A model generated the notes under the pieces. That model worked only from the letters and a program-made list of their open reading frames with translations, was not told where the DNA came from and did no database searches. Below are positions 36,024 to 45,785 of a stretch of DNA of 64,000 bases, piece by piece (position 1 is the first letter of the stretch; every line of letters begins with the position of its first letter). Made by a program: the position numbers and the translations under genes. Location: positions 1-64,000 of the IMG/VR virus record IMGVR_UViG_3300032241_000649. One strand, written 5' to 3'. This DNA is from a virus.

Positions 36024-36951
36024 GAAGTGTTCTCCTAATCAGTGTGTTCGTATCGGGTAATTCTACTCCATAAGTCTGAAGTTGCTGATTGCGGTCAGCC
36101 TGTGTCTTCATATCTTTTAATGCTCTTAGAGCCTGTACGGCCCCAGATTTCTTTCCAGCCTGCCAACGGTAGTTGTTATAATCAGAGTAGCCACTACCTT
36201 GTTTGCTGAATGCTAGATGACGTGACTCATGTATATCATCATAGAAAGCAACTGCCTGCTCTATAGCAAGTCTTAGTTTACGCTCAGCATTAGAACGATA
36301 AGCAGGATTGTTTGTATTCCTAATCTCATTTATGGCAGAGTCATACTTGTTTAGCATATCTACTGCGGTGTCATGATCACGCTGTGTGTTTTGTTCCCAA
36401 GAACGGCTATAGGGTAGCTGCGGATTCATCTCTGGTTTTACTGTCCATGCATCGGCAGTAAGATCATAGGCAGCATACGGATTAATATCTCTTATATCTG
36501 ATTGAGGGTTAACATAGTATGTAAGCTCGTAGCCTTCCCAGTTACGGGTATTTGGCATTAGATCATGATTAAAACCCTCATTGAGTTCTTTAGAAATCTC
36601 AACATCAGAAAACCCTACATACTCTTGGTTGCTCTGACGAAAGAGAACATAATCAATACCTACTAGGCAATCAAGATCACCCGGTTCACGTGCAGCCTCC
36701 CATTGATAAGAGACGCCTGAACCTGCAAGCCATACATGGGCCCATTGATGAGGATTAGAAAATCTAGTAGCTAGGTGATCAAATAGAAGCGTGAGTACGC
36801 CTGAGCGTACCCACGGTTTAATATGATCTCCCTGAAATAGATTGGGATCTAGTTCGGAAGAAGGCGCACTGAAATACGAAGTAGACCCAGGTGTTATCCT
36901 AGGTGTGTTCCCAAATCCTGTGTAATCCATACCCGTATTCTTCCATCCCAA
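36013..36951 (-). CDS. Pol-beta-superfamily nucleotidyltransferase
   Basis: LAGS(GVSYQW)...GDLDCLV hG[GS]x..DxD motif; ELTYYV. Confidence 0.65.
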   Translation of the reverse strand: MGWKNTGMDYTGFGNTPRITPGSTSYFSAPSSELDPNLFQGDHIKPWVRSGVLTLLFDHLATRFSNPHQWAHVWLAGSGVSYQWEAAREPGDLDCLVGIDYVLFRQSNQEYVGFSDVEISKELNEGFNHDLMPNTRNWEGYELTYYVNPQSDIRDINPYAAYDLTADAWTVKPEMNPQLPYSRSWEQNTQRDHDTAVDMLNKYDSAINEIRNTNNPAYRSNAERKLRLAIEQAVAFYDDIHESRHLAFSKQGSGYSDYNNYRWQAGKKSGAVQALRALKDMKTQADRNQQLQTYGVELPDTNTLIRRTLRGK

Positions 36952-36985
36952 TCGTCATTACGTCTCGGCTTGGTGAGTATGAATA

Positions 36986-37252
36986 TTAAGCGCTAGGTTG
37001 AGCCTCTGAAGCCTGTAGGCGCAAAACTGTATATTCAGCAGCTGCTTGTGCCTGAAGATCCATAAGAATCTCTGACATATAGCGGCGTACCTCTACCAAT
37101 GTAGATTCACGTTCTACTGGAATAATAAAGATTGATGGGTCCTTTTCAATGAACACATTACCATCTTCTGCAACAAGAATAGCAAAACCGTACTTAAGAG
37201 TAGGTAGAGCCGGTGCTGTAGGCGTGTCTGTGGTTGTTGTCTCGTCTGTCAT
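36986..37252 (-). CDS. Hypothetical protein
   Basis: ORF track. Confidence 0.6.
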   Translation of the reverse strand: MTDETTTTDTPTAPALPTLKYGFAILVAEDGNVFIEKDPSIFIIPVERESTLVEVRRYMSEILMDLQAQAAAEYTVLRLQASEAQPSA

Positions 37253-37260
37253 TATATATC

Positions 37261-37845
37261 CTATTCGTATAGTCCCATTTTTTTACGGTTTTGTTCTACT
37301 ACAAACGTCTTAGCAGGGCAGAAATCACATAGGTACACTTTAGTACTGTTAGCTTTTGCTGCACTTTCTAAGCCTAGTTCTTTACGCATAGCTGCAGTGC
37401 TCTTTGGCACTAAGCGTTTGCTTTCAATCTTCCAATCATAACAGCCCTCAACAGGACGTAGGTGGAGGTTAAAACACTTCATTGCATCGTCATAGAAAAC
37501 TGCTTTAGTGGTGTAATAATCTGGGTCAATGTCAGCAAGACCTCCACCTACCTTATTACGTAGGTTCTCAATGATTTGCTTACGCACCTCAGGACGGGAG
37601 TAGAGTTTTACTCCCACTTTAGATAGGAAGCCAGTATGTGGAATACCTGCAGATTCATGGCGATCAATCAATACCTGAAGTGTTACGTCATCATCTGGAT
37701 GACCTTCATAGTCTGGAAGCTCGTCAATGCTTTTACAGTTGTAGCAATAGAGCAGACGAATCTTAGGACCATCGTCCTTGATCTCTGTGTATGTTCCTTC
37801 ATCAGCGGGGCCAGCTTCGCCTTGTCCTAAAATTGGGACGCCCAT
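37261..37845 (-). CDS. Cys/His-rich hypothetical protein
   Basis: CYNC, LCDFCP; AGGAGGAG RBS and upstream TATAAT. Confidence 0.7.
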   Translation of the reverse strand: MGVPILGQGEAGPADEGTYTEIKDDGPKIRLLYCYNCKSIDELPDYEGHPDDDVTLQVLIDRHESAGIPHTGFLSKVGVKLYSRPEVRKQIIENLRNKVGGGLADIDPDYYTTKAVFYDDAMKCFNLHLRPVEGCYDWKIESKRLVPKSTAAMRKELGLESAAKANSTKVYLCDFCPAKTFVVEQNRKKMGLYE

Positions 37846-37900
37846 AGTGCTCCTCCTAATATCCTTATACTCTTATTATACTATATTTCAACAGGTAATG

Positions 37901-38875
37901 CTACTCCTGAGCCCCAATGTTACGAACTCTATGAGTGCTACTAGCGGATGGCGCTTCGGAACCCATTATGGATTCAGTTTCAGAGAATGTGTCAGTAATA
38001 GGCGCACCTTCTCCACGAATATCACCAATGCGTTGTTTCTTAGGCTTAGTAATTGGAGACTTTAAATCTCTGCGGTGTTTTGCAAATGCTAACGGCAGAT
38101 ATTTACCTGCAGTATGGGTGTCAAGACCTTGGCGTCCGGCTTCTTCATGATAAGCCTCCATGTGGATCTCGCCATTCCCTATTTTAAGAGAGTGCTTGAG
38201 AGCTGCGGTAGCTTTTGTCATATATTCTTCATGATTTGGCCCTGGATTGCGTCCCCCGATAATTTCAGCTCTACGAAGGGTAGTTCCAGCTGCTTCATGT
38301 GATTTTTGTGAGCGCTCTGCAGCTTCAAGCCATGCACTGGTTTCTTTATCAGCTTTTGTTAAACCAAGTCTTCCTTTGGTTTCTACAGCGGTATCAACTT
38401 TTTCATCTGAAGTTGGACGACGTCCTGGTCCTTGTACTACAATCTCTTGTCCAGTAGCTCTGTGGATAGCACCAGCATCACGAGCACGACCCTTAGTTTC
38501 AGCTTGGGCAATTTGTGTGCGGATCTTTGCATGCTGTGCTGGATCTGACCCTAAGATCTCTGGCATACGTTCCATCTTAGAAGAATCGTTCTTTATCTTG
38601 TTCCAGCATGTTGAGCACATTGGAGTAGGACGATCTCCGCCAGCTAATGTAGGTGCAGCAACCGCTCCTCTTTTAGAGTGTGCGCTTGAATTACGGCATG
38701 TCAATAGATCAGACTTCCCACCCATATTTTTATTAGTGGAATAGCTGCTTAAATCTTCTGGTGCTTGGTACTCTCCTGCAACATCAACAGTACTAATGCG
38801 GAGTGTGTTAGCACCCTTTTTTGTTATTGATGTGCCTGTAGGGTCCATGCCCTCGATGCCAGTGTTTTTGGCCAT
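37901..38875 (-). CDS. Hydrophilic low-complexity protein with Zn knuckle
   Basis: 324 aa; C...H...CSTC. Confidence 0.65.
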   Translation of the reverse strand: MAKNTGIEGMDPTGTSITKKGANTLRISTVDVAGEYQAPEDLSSYSTNKNMGGKSDLLTCRNSSAHSKRGAVAAPTLAGGDRPTPMCSTCWNKIKNDSSKMERMPEILGSDPAQHAKIRTQIAQAETKGRARDAGAIHRATGQEIVVQGPGRRPTSDEKVDTAVETKGRLGLTKADKETSAWLEAAERSQKSHEAAGTTLRRAEIIGGRNPGPNHEEYMTKATAALKHSLKIGNGEIHMEAYHEEAGRQGLDTHTAGKYLPLAFAKHRRDLKSPITKPKKQRIGDIRGEGAPITDTFSETESIMGSEAPSASSTHRVRNIGAQE

Positions 38876-38899
38876 GATACTGGCTCCCTATCTATTATC

Positions 38900-39181
38900 T
38901 TAGTAGGTGCCCAACATCTTGTTGTTAGAGATATCAGCTACAGGCATTGGTGAGCGCTTACGTGAAGACGCATCAGCTTTACCTGGCTCTACTTTGCTAG
39001 GAGCTTCTTGATCAATAAAATCATAGTTCCAGTATGGATGTAGTGCACGGCGGTTAGCAAGTGTAATATCCTCGCCCATACCTGGATCTACTGTACGGTT
39101 TGGAGCAACCTTACGGTACTTGCCATCTGTTGAACCTTCTGATAGGCTCTCGTTAAGAGAACGTGATTCGTTAACTGCCAT
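38900..39181 (-). CDS. Hypothetical protein
   Basis: ORF track; AAGGA RBS. Confidence 0.65.
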   Translation of the reverse strand: MAVNESRSLNESLSEGSTDGKYRKVAPNRTVDPGMGEDITLANRRALHPYWNYDFIDQEAPSKVEPGKADASSRKRSPMPVADISNNKMLGTY

Positions 39182-39333
39182 TAGTCCTTGTCCTTTTCTT
39201 GATCATATAGAGTACCAGCGTGTCCAGGCTTTACATGATCAACAACTTTAACATGGCCCTTACCTGCACTTGGTGACCATTCTTTAGCACGGAATGCTTC
39301 AACCTTCTTACGTGGACGTATTGAAAGTCTCAT
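39181..39333 (-). CDS. Small basic protein (not in track)
   Basis: TAATG couplings; MRLSIRPRKKVEAF... Confidence 0.5.
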   Translation of the reverse strand: MRLSIRPRKKVEAFRAKEWSPSAGKGHVKVVDHVKPGHAGTLYDQEKDKD

Positions 39334-39491
39334 TACTTTGCCTTCTTTCCTGGAGTCTTCTTGGCTGCAGGTTTAACTGCGGCCTTTGCTTTTAATTCTT
39401 CTCTAATCTTCTGTTCTGAGGTCTTTGCCTTAAGTGGCTTTACCACATACTTAGCCGGAGCTCCGTCTGGGGTCTTAATCTTGTTAGCCAT
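39333..39491 (-). CDS. Small K/A-rich histone-like protein (not in track)
   Basis: ...LKAKAAVKPAAKKTPGKKAK. Confidence 0.55.
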   Translation of the reverse strand: MANKIKTPDGAPAKYVVKPLKAKTSEQKIREELKAKAAVKPAAKKTPGKKAK

Positions 39492-39528
39492 GGTGTAAGT
39501 ATCTCCCTAATTATCTGTACTGTCAAGC

Positions 39529-39696
39529 CTATCCGGCCATACGATTTTTTGTATGGTACTCATACTGCTTATTGCGGCAGTCTGGGCATAGTTTACCACC
39601 GGCATACATAACCTCCAAGGGGGTCATAATGCGGTCGCACTTAGTGCACTGGACACTACCATCATAGATAGTCTCAGTAGTGATCTGATCTTTCAT
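39529..39696 (-). CDS. Small Zn-ribbon protein (not in track)
   Basis: CTKC...CPDC. Confidence 0.55.
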   Translation of the reverse strand: MKDQITTETIYDGSVQCTKCDRIMTPLEVMYAGGKLCPDCRNKQYEYHTKNRMAG

Positions 39697-40055
39697 GCGA
39701 AGCTAGATCCCTGAGCATTACGAGAGGTGCCTTCGTAGCTACCAGGAGTCTGAGTGAAGTCAACACGGGTTGGCTGGAACTCCTCATTGACATCCATGAC
39801 GTCTAGGATACCTAGTTCACGGGTGCGATATCCAAAACGAGGTGGGAACAGGACAATGTTTGGCATAGGTGGGCGAACTAAATCTGGGAGTAGCTGTGCT
39901 GGCATTGTTACAGATTTAAGTGCGCGGGCCATATTTGCCTCTTGCATATTAGCAAATGGTCCCATAAAGTCATAGCGAAGTAGATTTGGCTCTGGCTCTT
40001 CACCAACGATGCCACGTCCCTTACTATGATCATAGACGCCGTCTTGATTCATCAT
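39693..40055 (-). CDS. Hypothetical protein
   Basis: ORF track; coupled. Confidence 0.6.
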   Translation of the reverse strand: MMNQDGVYDHSKGRGIVGEEPEPNLLRYDFMGPFANMQEANMARALKSVTMPAQLLPDLVRPPMPNIVLFPPRFGYRTRELGILDVMDVNEEFQPTRVDFTQTPGSYEGTSRNAQGSSFA

Positions 40056-40720
40056 AGTGAGCGCCTCTTAGTTCTACTCTTTGTCTGCTCAACAGGAACA
40101 CCTTGAACTACACGGCGATCAGAAGTAAACGATGTTGTACCAGTTTCCCCAACCTTTTCCTCACGTCCCTTAGGATAGTGAGTAAGACGCCCTGATGTAG
40201 CAAAGTTTTTATTACCAGGATGTGGTTGGTTTTCAAGATTAAATACAGGACCGCCAGCCTTACGACTTGCTGCTATGTCTTTCTTCTTAGCCTTATACTT
40301 TTCACTTTCAATAGCGTGTACACGAGCCCAACCGCGCTCTTCATGTGTGCGCTCTTCATCAGGCTTAGTTGCTCCACCAGCTAATGTTGCTAGATGGTTA
40401 ACAATCTCACCGTGACTATAATAAACAGATGCATTTTCTGGTCTAAAGTTTCCACGATCAAATGTGTAATGAGGAGCTGCAGTTTCCCAAGCTACTCTCT
40501 TAGCATTTTGTGCACTACGACCATAGATAGGCCCAATGTGTTCTTTAGTTAGGAATGTCATTCCCTCTTTATCAACTGGTGTTGGAGTAGAATCATGGGG
40601 TGCAGTAAACGTGCCAGCACCAAAACGAGGACTACTACCAGCATCTTCTGGAATAGGAAAGCTGTGCTCTTTTTTATTAGAGATACGGCGATTAGATACG
40701 TTATCTGACATTATTTCCAC
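40052..40720 (-). CDS. Hydrophilic hypothetical protein
   Basis: ORF track. Confidence 0.6.
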   Translation of the reverse strand: MEIMSDNVSNRRISNKKEHSFPIPEDAGSSPRFGAGTFTAPHDSTPTPVDKEGMTFLTKEHIGPIYGRSAQNAKRVAWETAAPHYTFDRGNFRPENASVYYSHGEIVNHLATLAGGATKPDEERTHEERGWARVHAIESEKYKAKKKDIAASRKAGGPVFNLENQPHPGNKNFATSGRLTHYPKGREEKVGETGTTSFTSDRRVVQGVPVEQTKSRTKRRSL

Positions 40721-41256
40721 CTAGGTTTCAAGTGAGTAAAATACTGAGCCGTACGAGGGTTAAACTCTGCTGGTACGTTAGCAGAGATGTTTGCTTTGCC
40801 ATCATTGACAAGATGTGGGGCTGGAGCAAGGGCAGCTTGTGGCGCATACCTAGGAGTATCCATGGTAATCCCACCATCTGTATCAACAAACTTAAACTTC
40901 TTTGGATTAAGACGGCGATCTGGTTCTAATCCTTCAGGCCACATATAGGAACCCGGATCAATGCGCTCACCTTTGTGAACTCCGCGCTGATACGCACGTT
41001 GGTTCTGTCGGTTCTTAAGAGAATCTAATACTGTATCTGAAACTGCATAAGGCTTGCCTTTATCATCACGACGTGATCGAATAGATCCTAGATAGCCATC
41101 TGGATATTCTGCCTGAGGAGCACGACCGACGCCCATGCGTAGGAAGTCCATGCCAGAACGAGGAACAACGGGAGTACCGCCACCACCTGTAGTGGTGTAC
41201 GCTCCGATGTAACCGCTAGCACCGAGGTACTGCCAGTTTTGATGCGATTCAGCCAT
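40711..41256 (-). CDS. Hypothetical protein
   Basis: AAGGAG RBS; EYPDGYLG...RGVHKGERID. Confidence 0.7.
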   Translation of the reverse strand: MAESHQNWQYLGASGYIGAYTTTGGGGTPVVPRSGMDFLRMGVGRAPQAEYPDGYLGSIRSRRDDKGKPYAVSDTVLDSLKNRQNQRAYQRGVHKGERIDPGSYMWPEGLEPDRRLNPKKFKFVDTDGGITMDTPRYAPQAALAPAPHLVNDGKANISANVPAEFNPRTAQYFTHLKPRWK

Positions 41257-41289
41257 TTAGTACTCCTTAGACCCCCACAGTATACCCTT

Positions 41290-41325
41290 AAAAGCAAAGA
41301 GCCGGGGTGTAATTCCCCGGCTCGT
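41290..41325 (-). terminator. Intrinsic terminator after the lysis cassette
   Basis: GAGCCGGGG-AATTACA-CCCCGGCTC-TTTGCTTTT. Confidence 0.7.
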
Positions 41326-41339
41326 TACTTTAACAGGAC

Positions 41340-41627
41340 TTACTTTGCTGCGTTAGCGAGCGCCTTTTGGGCGTCTGATACTGCAGCGGTTGCTACTGAA
41401 CTCAAAGCAGCAGTTGTTGCTGCATCCAAGTGTTCCTTCTTAGCTAGGTCATTGACCGAAGCCTTAGGATTAAAGCGGGCAAGTACAGGACCAATTACAC
41501 CGACTACAGCAGCCCATAGGACGTGCTTTAGGTTGTGGTTACCTGTCTGGTAGATTGCAACAGCAGATGCTGCAGTTGCGTAAACATAGTGCTCTACGAG
41601 TAGCTTTTCTGATTGTGGTAGCTTCAT
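41340..41627 (-). CDS. Holin-like membrane protein
   Basis: Two hydrophobic segments, ARFNPK, lysis context. Confidence 0.55.
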   Translation of the reverse strand: MKLPQSEKLLVEHYVYATAASAVAIYQTGNHNLKHVLWAAVVGVIGPVLARFNPKASVNDLAKKEHLDAATTAALSSVATAAVSDAQKALANAAK

Positions 41628-41630
41628 GAT

Positions 41631-41867
41631 TTATTTTCCTTCTGTTGTGGTTACATTGTTTACGTAAGGTGTAACAATATGGGACTCAGCCTGAACATTA
41701 GGCTGAGAAGAAGAAAAAGACGGACTAGCAGATCCAGCTAATGCAGCTGAGATTGCAAGACCTATATGCTTCACATCCGGTGTAAAGCCAGAGTTAGCCC
41801 AGGCTGTAAAGCCGGCCGTACTAGCGATTCCCATAGACACAGGACTTTTGAAGTTAAACTTGAGCAT
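41631..41867 (-). CDS. Small membrane protein
   Basis: AAGGAGG RBS. Confidence 0.55.
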   Translation of the reverse strand: MLKFNFKSPVSMGIASTAGFTAWANSGFTPDVKHIGLAISAALAGSASPSFSSSQPNVQAESHIVTPYVNNVTTTEGK

Positions 41868-41885
41868 ATCTTCCTCCTTACTAAC

Positions 41886-41915
41886 TATTATATACTAAAC
41901 AGATTGCCAATGCAA
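41886..41915 (-). promoter_or_regulatory. Sigma-A-type promoter
   Basis: TTGCAT-N17-TATAAT on the minus strand. Confidence 0.6.
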
Positions 41916-41916
41916 A

Positions 41917-42246
41917 TTATGGACTGGTGTCCTTTACCCCCATATGATCCATGATTAAGGTCACATGGCGACGTAGCTCTTCAATATGACCATGAGTGGC
42001 CTGATCAAGCTTGAGGTCCTTAGTAATTATACGCCTATCTTCATCCCCAGAACGATTTGTAGCGTTAAGAATAAGGCCAGAGAGCAAAATTGATTCTAAG
42101 GAAACTATCAGGGTTAAAAGACCATAGGGAAATGCCTCAATAGACAGTATTATCCAAGTACCCCACCATAGTAGATGGAATAAAAAGAACCAGGGTGAAC
42201 CAAAAGATACTGCAGCCCAGTCTGAGAGTTTTTGGAATAACTTCAT
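41917..42246 (-). CDS. DUF1003-like membrane protein
   Basis: FGSPWF...FPYGLLTLIVSLESILLS...NR...DR. Confidence 0.75.
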   Translation of the reverse strand: MKLFQKLSDWAAVSFGSPWFFLFHLLWWGTWIILSIEAFPYGLLTLIVSLESILLSGLILNATNRSGDEDRRIITKDLKLDQATHGHIEELRRHVTLIMDHMGVKDTSP

Positions 42247-43112
42247 GAACCTGCCTTAGCTACCATAGAAGTGTAAGTAAATGGGCCTAGTATCTTTTGT
42301 TTCTTCTCTGAAGCTAATCCTGGATACTTAGATTGATATACGGGAATAAGGGCAATTTCAGCATCGTTAAGAACATTAGAGACAAGATTTGCTGGAAGTA
42401 ATCCTGCATTAGCTAGCGCTCTAGCTACAATAAGTTCAGCTGTTCCTTTAGCCCCAATCTTAAATGCAGAAGATCCTGGAAATGGTGGGGCAGCAATAAC
42501 TGTAGTTTTAGATGGTGGTGTTGTAGAGGTAGTGTTATGAATACCAGCAACGCCTGCACCACCCAAAGCTGTAACTCCAGCAACACCTGTAGCTAAGCCT
42601 CTATTATTTAAAGCTTTACTTGAAGCAGGCTTAACTGCACTAGGGTACTTGGGACGAACGATTGCCATAACTCCTAGGTATGGACGGTGACGCCTAAATA
42701 CTCCAATGCCGTTTGCTTGACTACCTGTAGCATGATCTGGGCTAGTATTAGCTTCAATCGTAGTGATGCCGTCAGAGCTTGCGCCCTCAATAATACCAAC
42801 ATGCTCTGCTTGCCCATTGCCAGAGAAGTTAAAGAATACTAGGTCTCCTGGTTGTCCAGAATACTTACCTACTACTTGACCATTCTTTTGAAAATGTGCA
42901 AGACCGGCAGGGCAATAACTGAATCCTTTTTCAGTTTCAGCAGCAACTAAAGCTGATAAACCTTTTTGTGCAAACACCCAGCTAACAAACATGGCGCAGT
43001 AAGGTTGGTTTGGAACACCGTACCAACTACCATAAGGATTCTCGTTATTAGGGCCTTCAATAAATCCTAACTGACCTTGTGCCTCTAATACAATATCTAA
43101 ACCGCTACTCAT
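42243..43112 (-). CDS. CHAP-domain endolysin
   Basis: PYCAMFVSW, PGDLVFF, EHVGII, TIEANT. Confidence 0.88.
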   Translation of the reverse strand: MSSGLDIVLEAQGQLGFIEGPNNENPYGSWYGVPNQPYCAMFVSWVFAQKGLSALVAAETEKGFSYCPAGLAHFQKNGQVVGKYSGQPGDLVFFNFSGNGQAEHVGIIEGASSDGITTIEANTSPDHATGSQANGIGVFRRHRPYLGVMAIVRPKYPSAVKPASSKALNNRGLATGVAGVTALGGAGVAGIHNTTSTTPPSKTTVIAAPPFPGSSAFKIGAKGTAELIVARALANAGLLPANLVSNVLNDAEIALIPVYQSKYPGLASEKKQKILGPFTYTSMVAKAGS

Positions 43113-43536
43113 ATGTCACCTCCGCTGCAGGATCTGTCCCTGTCTTGCGATATCTAAATGTTTCCCATAAAGGAGCTGGAATCTCATGTATACCGAAGCG
43201 TGTACGATGATGAGCTTCACAAAGAACCTCTAGGTTTCCTGGAGATTCAATCCACTTCTGGAAGTCCTCATCTTTTTCAAAATGTAATCCAAATGCTTTC
43301 TCAACTTTAACAGGATCTATATTGTTGATTTGACTAAATTCTATGTGGCTGTGATGAAGTTCAGGGCCACCGGAGCATAAATCATCATCAATTATGCACT
43401 TCCATAGACCTTGCTTTTTAATCCTAACCTTAGCTTGATTGAACAAATGATAGTGTGGGTCTGATTCACGAGGCTCATGGGCGGGAACGGATATAGCCAA
43501 GTGAAGGTTCATCTTCTGTGTGTGTGCGTCTGTCAC
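43105..43536 (-). CDS. His/Cys-rich HNH-like protein
   Basis: ELHH...NLEVLCEAHHR...GIH. Confidence 0.55.
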   Translation of the reverse strand: MTDAHTQKMNLHLAISVPAHEPRESDPHYHLFNQAKVRIKKQGLWKCIIDDDLCSGGPELHHSHIEFSQINNIDPVKVEKAFGLHFEKDEDFQKWIESPGNLEVLCEAHHRTRFGIHEIPAPLWETFRYRKTGTDPAAEVTYE

Positions 43537-44012
43537 TGGTAGATCAACCTTTCTGCTAAATCTCCTGGAGTTACAAGGTTAACTGGTTTATTAATTAAAG
43601 TGAAGCCTGCCTTATCATAGGCCTCAGCCACTAATTCAGAACAGATATAGCCTTGACGCTTTGATAGCTTATTCCATAGCTTTACTGGTGGAATGCGTAG
43701 TCCAACAATACGAAGAAAAATTGTAAAAATATCTAAGAAACCATAAGGCTTGCCTATTTGAGCTATGGCATAGTCTACAATTGCTGCACGACGGTCTTCT
43801 GTAATCTTTTCGTGTTTATTCCATGCAATATGTGTATAGTTACTGGCTTTACCAAAGCTAACTCCTACAGGCCTAGCTTCTATAAGTACGTCACCTTCAA
43901 TGCAAATTACAGCATGATTCCATCGGCTTAGTGTTACTACCCGAATTAACTTACCTACTATGCCGTTGGTTTTAACCACGCCATAGTCACCAGGACGAGG
44001 CGTGTATGACAT
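43533..44012 (-). CDS. Permuted papain-like NlpC/P60 (YiiX/YebB) protein
   Basis: PGD, WNHA, IGKPY, ICSELVA, TPGDL. Confidence 0.85.
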   Translation of the reverse strand: MSYTPRPGDYGVVKTNGIVGKLIRVVTLSRWNHAVICIEGDVLIEARPVGVSFGKASNYTHIAWNKHEKITEDRRAAIVDYAIAQIGKPYGFLDIFTIFLRIVGLRIPPVKLWNKLSKRQGYICSELVAEAYDKAGFTLINKPVNLVTPGDLAERLIYQ

Positions 44013-44275
44013 TATTCTGCTCCGTCGTCTACGTGCTGTTCGAAACGACCTTCTAGCTTAGCTACCTTTAAAGCAATTTTTTCTTGGTTAGTTTTAAGGT
44101 CTCTAAGAATAGGAAGAACTTCTAAATTAATCTTATCATTGAGAGATGTGCCGTGGTTAGGCTTCAACTCTGATAGGTAGTGTTTAATGATCCAACGGAA
44201 TGCAAAACCAAAAGCACCTAGAATAGCAATGGCTGCAGAGATTCCTTGCAGAACGTTAATTGTATTAGTGCTCAC
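44012..44275 (-). CDS. Membrane-anchored coiled-coil protein (holin-like)
   Basis: N-terminal TM; ELKPNHGTSLND. Confidence 0.6.
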   Translation of the reverse strand: MSTNTINVLQGISAAIAILGAFGFAFRWIIKHYLSELKPNHGTSLNDKINLEVLPILRDLKTNQEKIALKVAKLEGRFEQHVDDGAE

Positions 44276-44286
44276 TATGTATCTCC

Positions 44287-44336
44287 AATAAAATAAGCCG
44301 GCGTATGCACATAGTATGCATTACACCGACTTATTT
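44287..44336 (-). terminator. Hairpin terminator
   Basis: AATAAGTCGGTGTA...TACGCCGGCTTATT-TTATT. Confidence 0.55.
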
Positions 44337-44352
44337 GTACTGTTAAATGTGA

Positions 44353-45507
44353 TTACTTAAGTGTACTTACAATTTCCTGACCGCGGTACATAGTCTTACC
44401 TTTATGTATATGCACCTGATCAAAGTGAAAACTGTCATCATCACCATCTTTAAAGAAGATAACGCTTACGCCTTGCTGCCAGTTCTCAAAATACTGAAGC
44501 GCATTGCCCTTGACATCCACACCACCCTTAACGGAGGGAACTGCTCCATCCACGCGGCATAAGCATCCAGGTGAGAAAGAGACACTCTTGATAGCGTTAT
44601 CACGATCAAATACTGTCTTACTTTGCTGTTCCATACGATGCGTATGGCCGAATAGCGTAGAAATATTTGGATTTGAATTAGCGTACTGAGCTGCTGTAGA
44701 CCCAGAGCTATTAGCACGATCGCCATGCATAGCACGGAGGCGCTTATTAATCCAGTGAGCTGCTGCTGGATAACCATCAATGAACTCAACTCCTAACTCG
44801 TCGCAACGTAGTAGGTTCTGTAAACTGTTTACAGGCCATGAATCTGGCATGTTTGCAACCTTAAGACCATAGGCAGCTGCCGCATTAGTGTTGATGAAAC
44901 GGTTTAGTCGCTTATCGTGGTTACCCTCAAGAAGGATAATACGGGCATCTACCCCAGCTTCAGCACGCTGTTGGGCAAGGAACATATGTCCTCGGTCAAT
45001 TGCTTTCTGTGCAGTGTGTGCAAACACAGCCTCTTGCTCATAGGTACCATACATAGGGAGATCTAAGAAATCCCCGAGGTTAATTACCTGCGCAAGAGGG
45101 TGGCCATGGTCTAGTCCTACAACTTGTAGGGCTACGTCCATAGCATCCTCATCATGAAACGGATCTAGTGTACCGTCTTCTTGCATACGGTAACCAATTT
45201 GTGGATCAGGAAGAGCAACTGCAACCTTCCAGTCGCTACTGACTAGAGCAGGTGTGCGAACTTTTGGTTGTACTACGGTAGGAGCAGCCTGTTGCACTGG
45301 CTGCCACTTAGGACCTTCGCTCCATTTAGGAGAAAGAATAATTTTAGTATCATCGGGGTTGTTAGATAGGCTAACTTTACTGATCTTACCCACATCTTCT
45401 GGGGTGAGACCATTAGCCTTAAGAAGTTTTTCAATAGAGTTAATACCTGTAGATGCTACCGCATCTGTCTTCGCATCTCCGTAAGCATCACTTAGCGACA
45501 TCCGCAC
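44353..45507 (-). CDS. Calcineurin-like metallophosphoesterase
   Basis: PDPQ, NLGDFLD, EGNHD, MHG, FGHTHR. Confidence 0.88.
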   Translation of the reverse strand: MRMSLSDAYGDAKTDAVASTGINSIEKLLKANGLTPEDVGKISKVSLSNNPDDTKIILSPKWSEGPKWQPVQQAAPTVVQPKVRTPALVSSDWKVAVALPDPQIGYRMQEDGTLDPFHDEDAMDVALQVVGLDHGHPLAQVINLGDFLDLPMYGTYEQEAVFAHTAQKAIDRGHMFLAQQRAEAGVDARIILLEGNHDKRLNRFINTNAAAAYGLKVANMPDSWPVNSLQNLLRCDELGVEFIDGYPAAAHWINKRLRAMHGDRANSSGSTAAQYANSNPNISTLFGHTHRMEQQSKTVFDRDNAIKSVSFSPGCLCRVDGAVPSVKGGVDVKGNALQYFENWQQGVSVIFFKDGDDDSFHFDQVHIHKGKTMYRGQEIVSTLK

Positions 45508-45722
45508 TCTCCTACTCTATGGGTACGGAGCGATGTAATACTAAAGGTGGCCCCGGCATCCTTGTATAAATTAAAAAGACTTTTGTTTGAGAAGTCATCA
45601 TCTGAGATAGAGGATATAAATGCTTCTTTATCATCACCAGTAAACTGGTTGCCCCATTCAGCTACAACACAGCGGTTAGCTGCTACATCTTGTTTTGCTT
45701 TTTCATACAGTTTATCTAACAT
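45492..45722 (-). CDS. Small Zn-binding HTH-like protein
   Basis: C...HRVGECGC; AGGAGG RBS. Confidence 0.6.
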   Translation of the reverse strand: MLDKLYEKAKQDVAANRCVVAEWGNQFTGDDKEAFISSISDDDFSNKSLFNLYKDAGATFSITSLRTHRVGECGCR

Positions 45723-45785
45723 TGCGCCTCCTGTTAAGAATAGGACCTGAAGTTAATCAGGTCCTATTATCTATTATAACATATT

